From: Nitrospinota bacterium
Lineage (GTDB): Bacteria; UBA8248
NCBI GenBank assembly: GCA_046581755.1
Contig: JAYGFR010000026.1
Location: 1-16,804, forward strand
Length of the DNA stretch: 16,804 nucleotides
Direction of reading: 5' to 3'
The notes under the pieces were generated by a model that was given only the letters and a program-made list of their open reading frames with translations, ran no database searches and was not told where the DNA came from. The position numbers were made by a program, and so were the translations under genes. Within the stretch, counting starts at the first letter, position 1. Each line of letters begins with the position of its first letter. Below are positions 16,108 to 16,804 of the stretch, in pieces.

Positions 16108-16804
16108 CTAGAACTGGTAGGTTTCTCCTTGAACGAATATTTTAAGCCTTGGTTCATTCAACGCTTCGAGATCCTTCAAAAGTTCCTTGTGGTAGCGAAT
16201 TTTTTCATGAAAGAGATAGATGGGAACGTCGGGCGGCATTTTTTTTGTTTCCTCGTACAAAGATTTCGGCGTGAAATGCTTGGCCAACTCAGCAATGTTT
16301 TGCATGAAATTCGGAAACGCCAACTCTGTAATGATCGCCCGGAGGTCGTCGAGTTCGCGGGCTTTTTCCCAAATTGTATGGGTGGGACCCGTATCGCCCG
16401 AATAAAGAACCGATCCCGTTTCGTCTCTTATTATATATCCCACAGCATTGACCGAATGATCTACCCGGTATGCCGTGAATGACAATCCGGCGATGGTTTT
16501 CTCCTCGCCCTCTTCGATATCGATAAATTCGAGAATCGGGTTGTCCCCGGCCGCGAGGACCGTGAAGTCGGGCCATATGATGTTGTTGAACATATATTTG
16601 TGAAGATCACTTAATACAGATTCGAGACTTACGATGGGGAGGGAGGCCTCCTTCGCTCCGAAAATATTGTCGGCGATGAAGGGGATCTCTCCCACGTGGT
16701 CGAGGTGGGTGTGGGTGATGAGAATTCCCTCGAGCCGGATCTGCTCTTCCACCGAAAGTGTCGAGGCTGCACTCCCCGCATCGAGCAAGAGGCATTCATT
16801 GACC
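16108..16804 (-). CDS. Metallo-beta-lactamase-fold 3',5'-cyclic-nucleotide phosphodiesterase (class II-like), 5'-partial
   Basis: LLDAG, ITHTHLDH (HxHxDH), FNNIIWPDF, VDHSV, YSGDTGP, KHFTP, LFH. The frame stays open to the window edge (VNECLLLDAG), so the true start is outside the window. Confidence 0.82.
   Translation of the reverse strand, partial: VNECLLLDAGSAASTLSVEEQIRLEGILITHTHLDHVGEIPFIADNIFGAKEASLPIVSLESVLSDLHKYMFNNIIWPDFTVLAAGDNPILEFIDIEEGEEKTIAGLSFTAYRVDHSVNAVGYIIRDETGSVLYSGDTGPTHTIWEKARELDDLRAIITELAFPNFMQNIAELAKHFTPKSLYEETKKMPPDVPIYLFHEKIRYHKELLKDLEALNEPRLKIFVQGETYQF

Noticed and set aside
13058..16804. Anti-phage cyclic-nucleotide system (CBASS/Pycsar with an MBL partner)
   Set aside because: The cyclase has class I CyaA blocks rather than CD-NTase or class III PycC features, and no effector or other defence genes are visible in the window.

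Overview
Bacterial, GC-rich, gene-dense window using the standard code (Trp=TGG; several genes end at TGA at their expected C-termini). Left to right: the start of a signal-peptide gene with a sigma70-like promoter and a perfect 3x19-bp tandem repeat in its leader; a tandem-domain rhodanese; an SDR; divergent xanthine-dehydrogenase-family Mo (large) and FAD (medium) subunits; a minus-strand VOC dioxygenase-like / ClC-CBS / Gfo-Idh-MocA / PlsC run; an SDR and a beta-hydroxyacid dehydrogenase; a decayed divergent cheY/cheX pair; a small hypothetical gene; and a class I adenylate cyclase directly downstream of a metallo-beta-lactamase-fold (class II-like) cyclic-nucleotide phosphodiesterase. Main finding: the rhodanese ORF appears to stop at TGA 576-578, but that codon is the catalytic Cys position. 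The frame continues with the conserved C-terminus to TAA at 441, and a SECIS-like hairpin follows the UGA, so this is very probably a selenoprotein that the ORF track truncates. The neighbouring Mo enzyme has a +1 frameshift in a G7 tract and no 2Fe-2S subunit in this window. All calls come from motif recognition by eye; no database searches were run.
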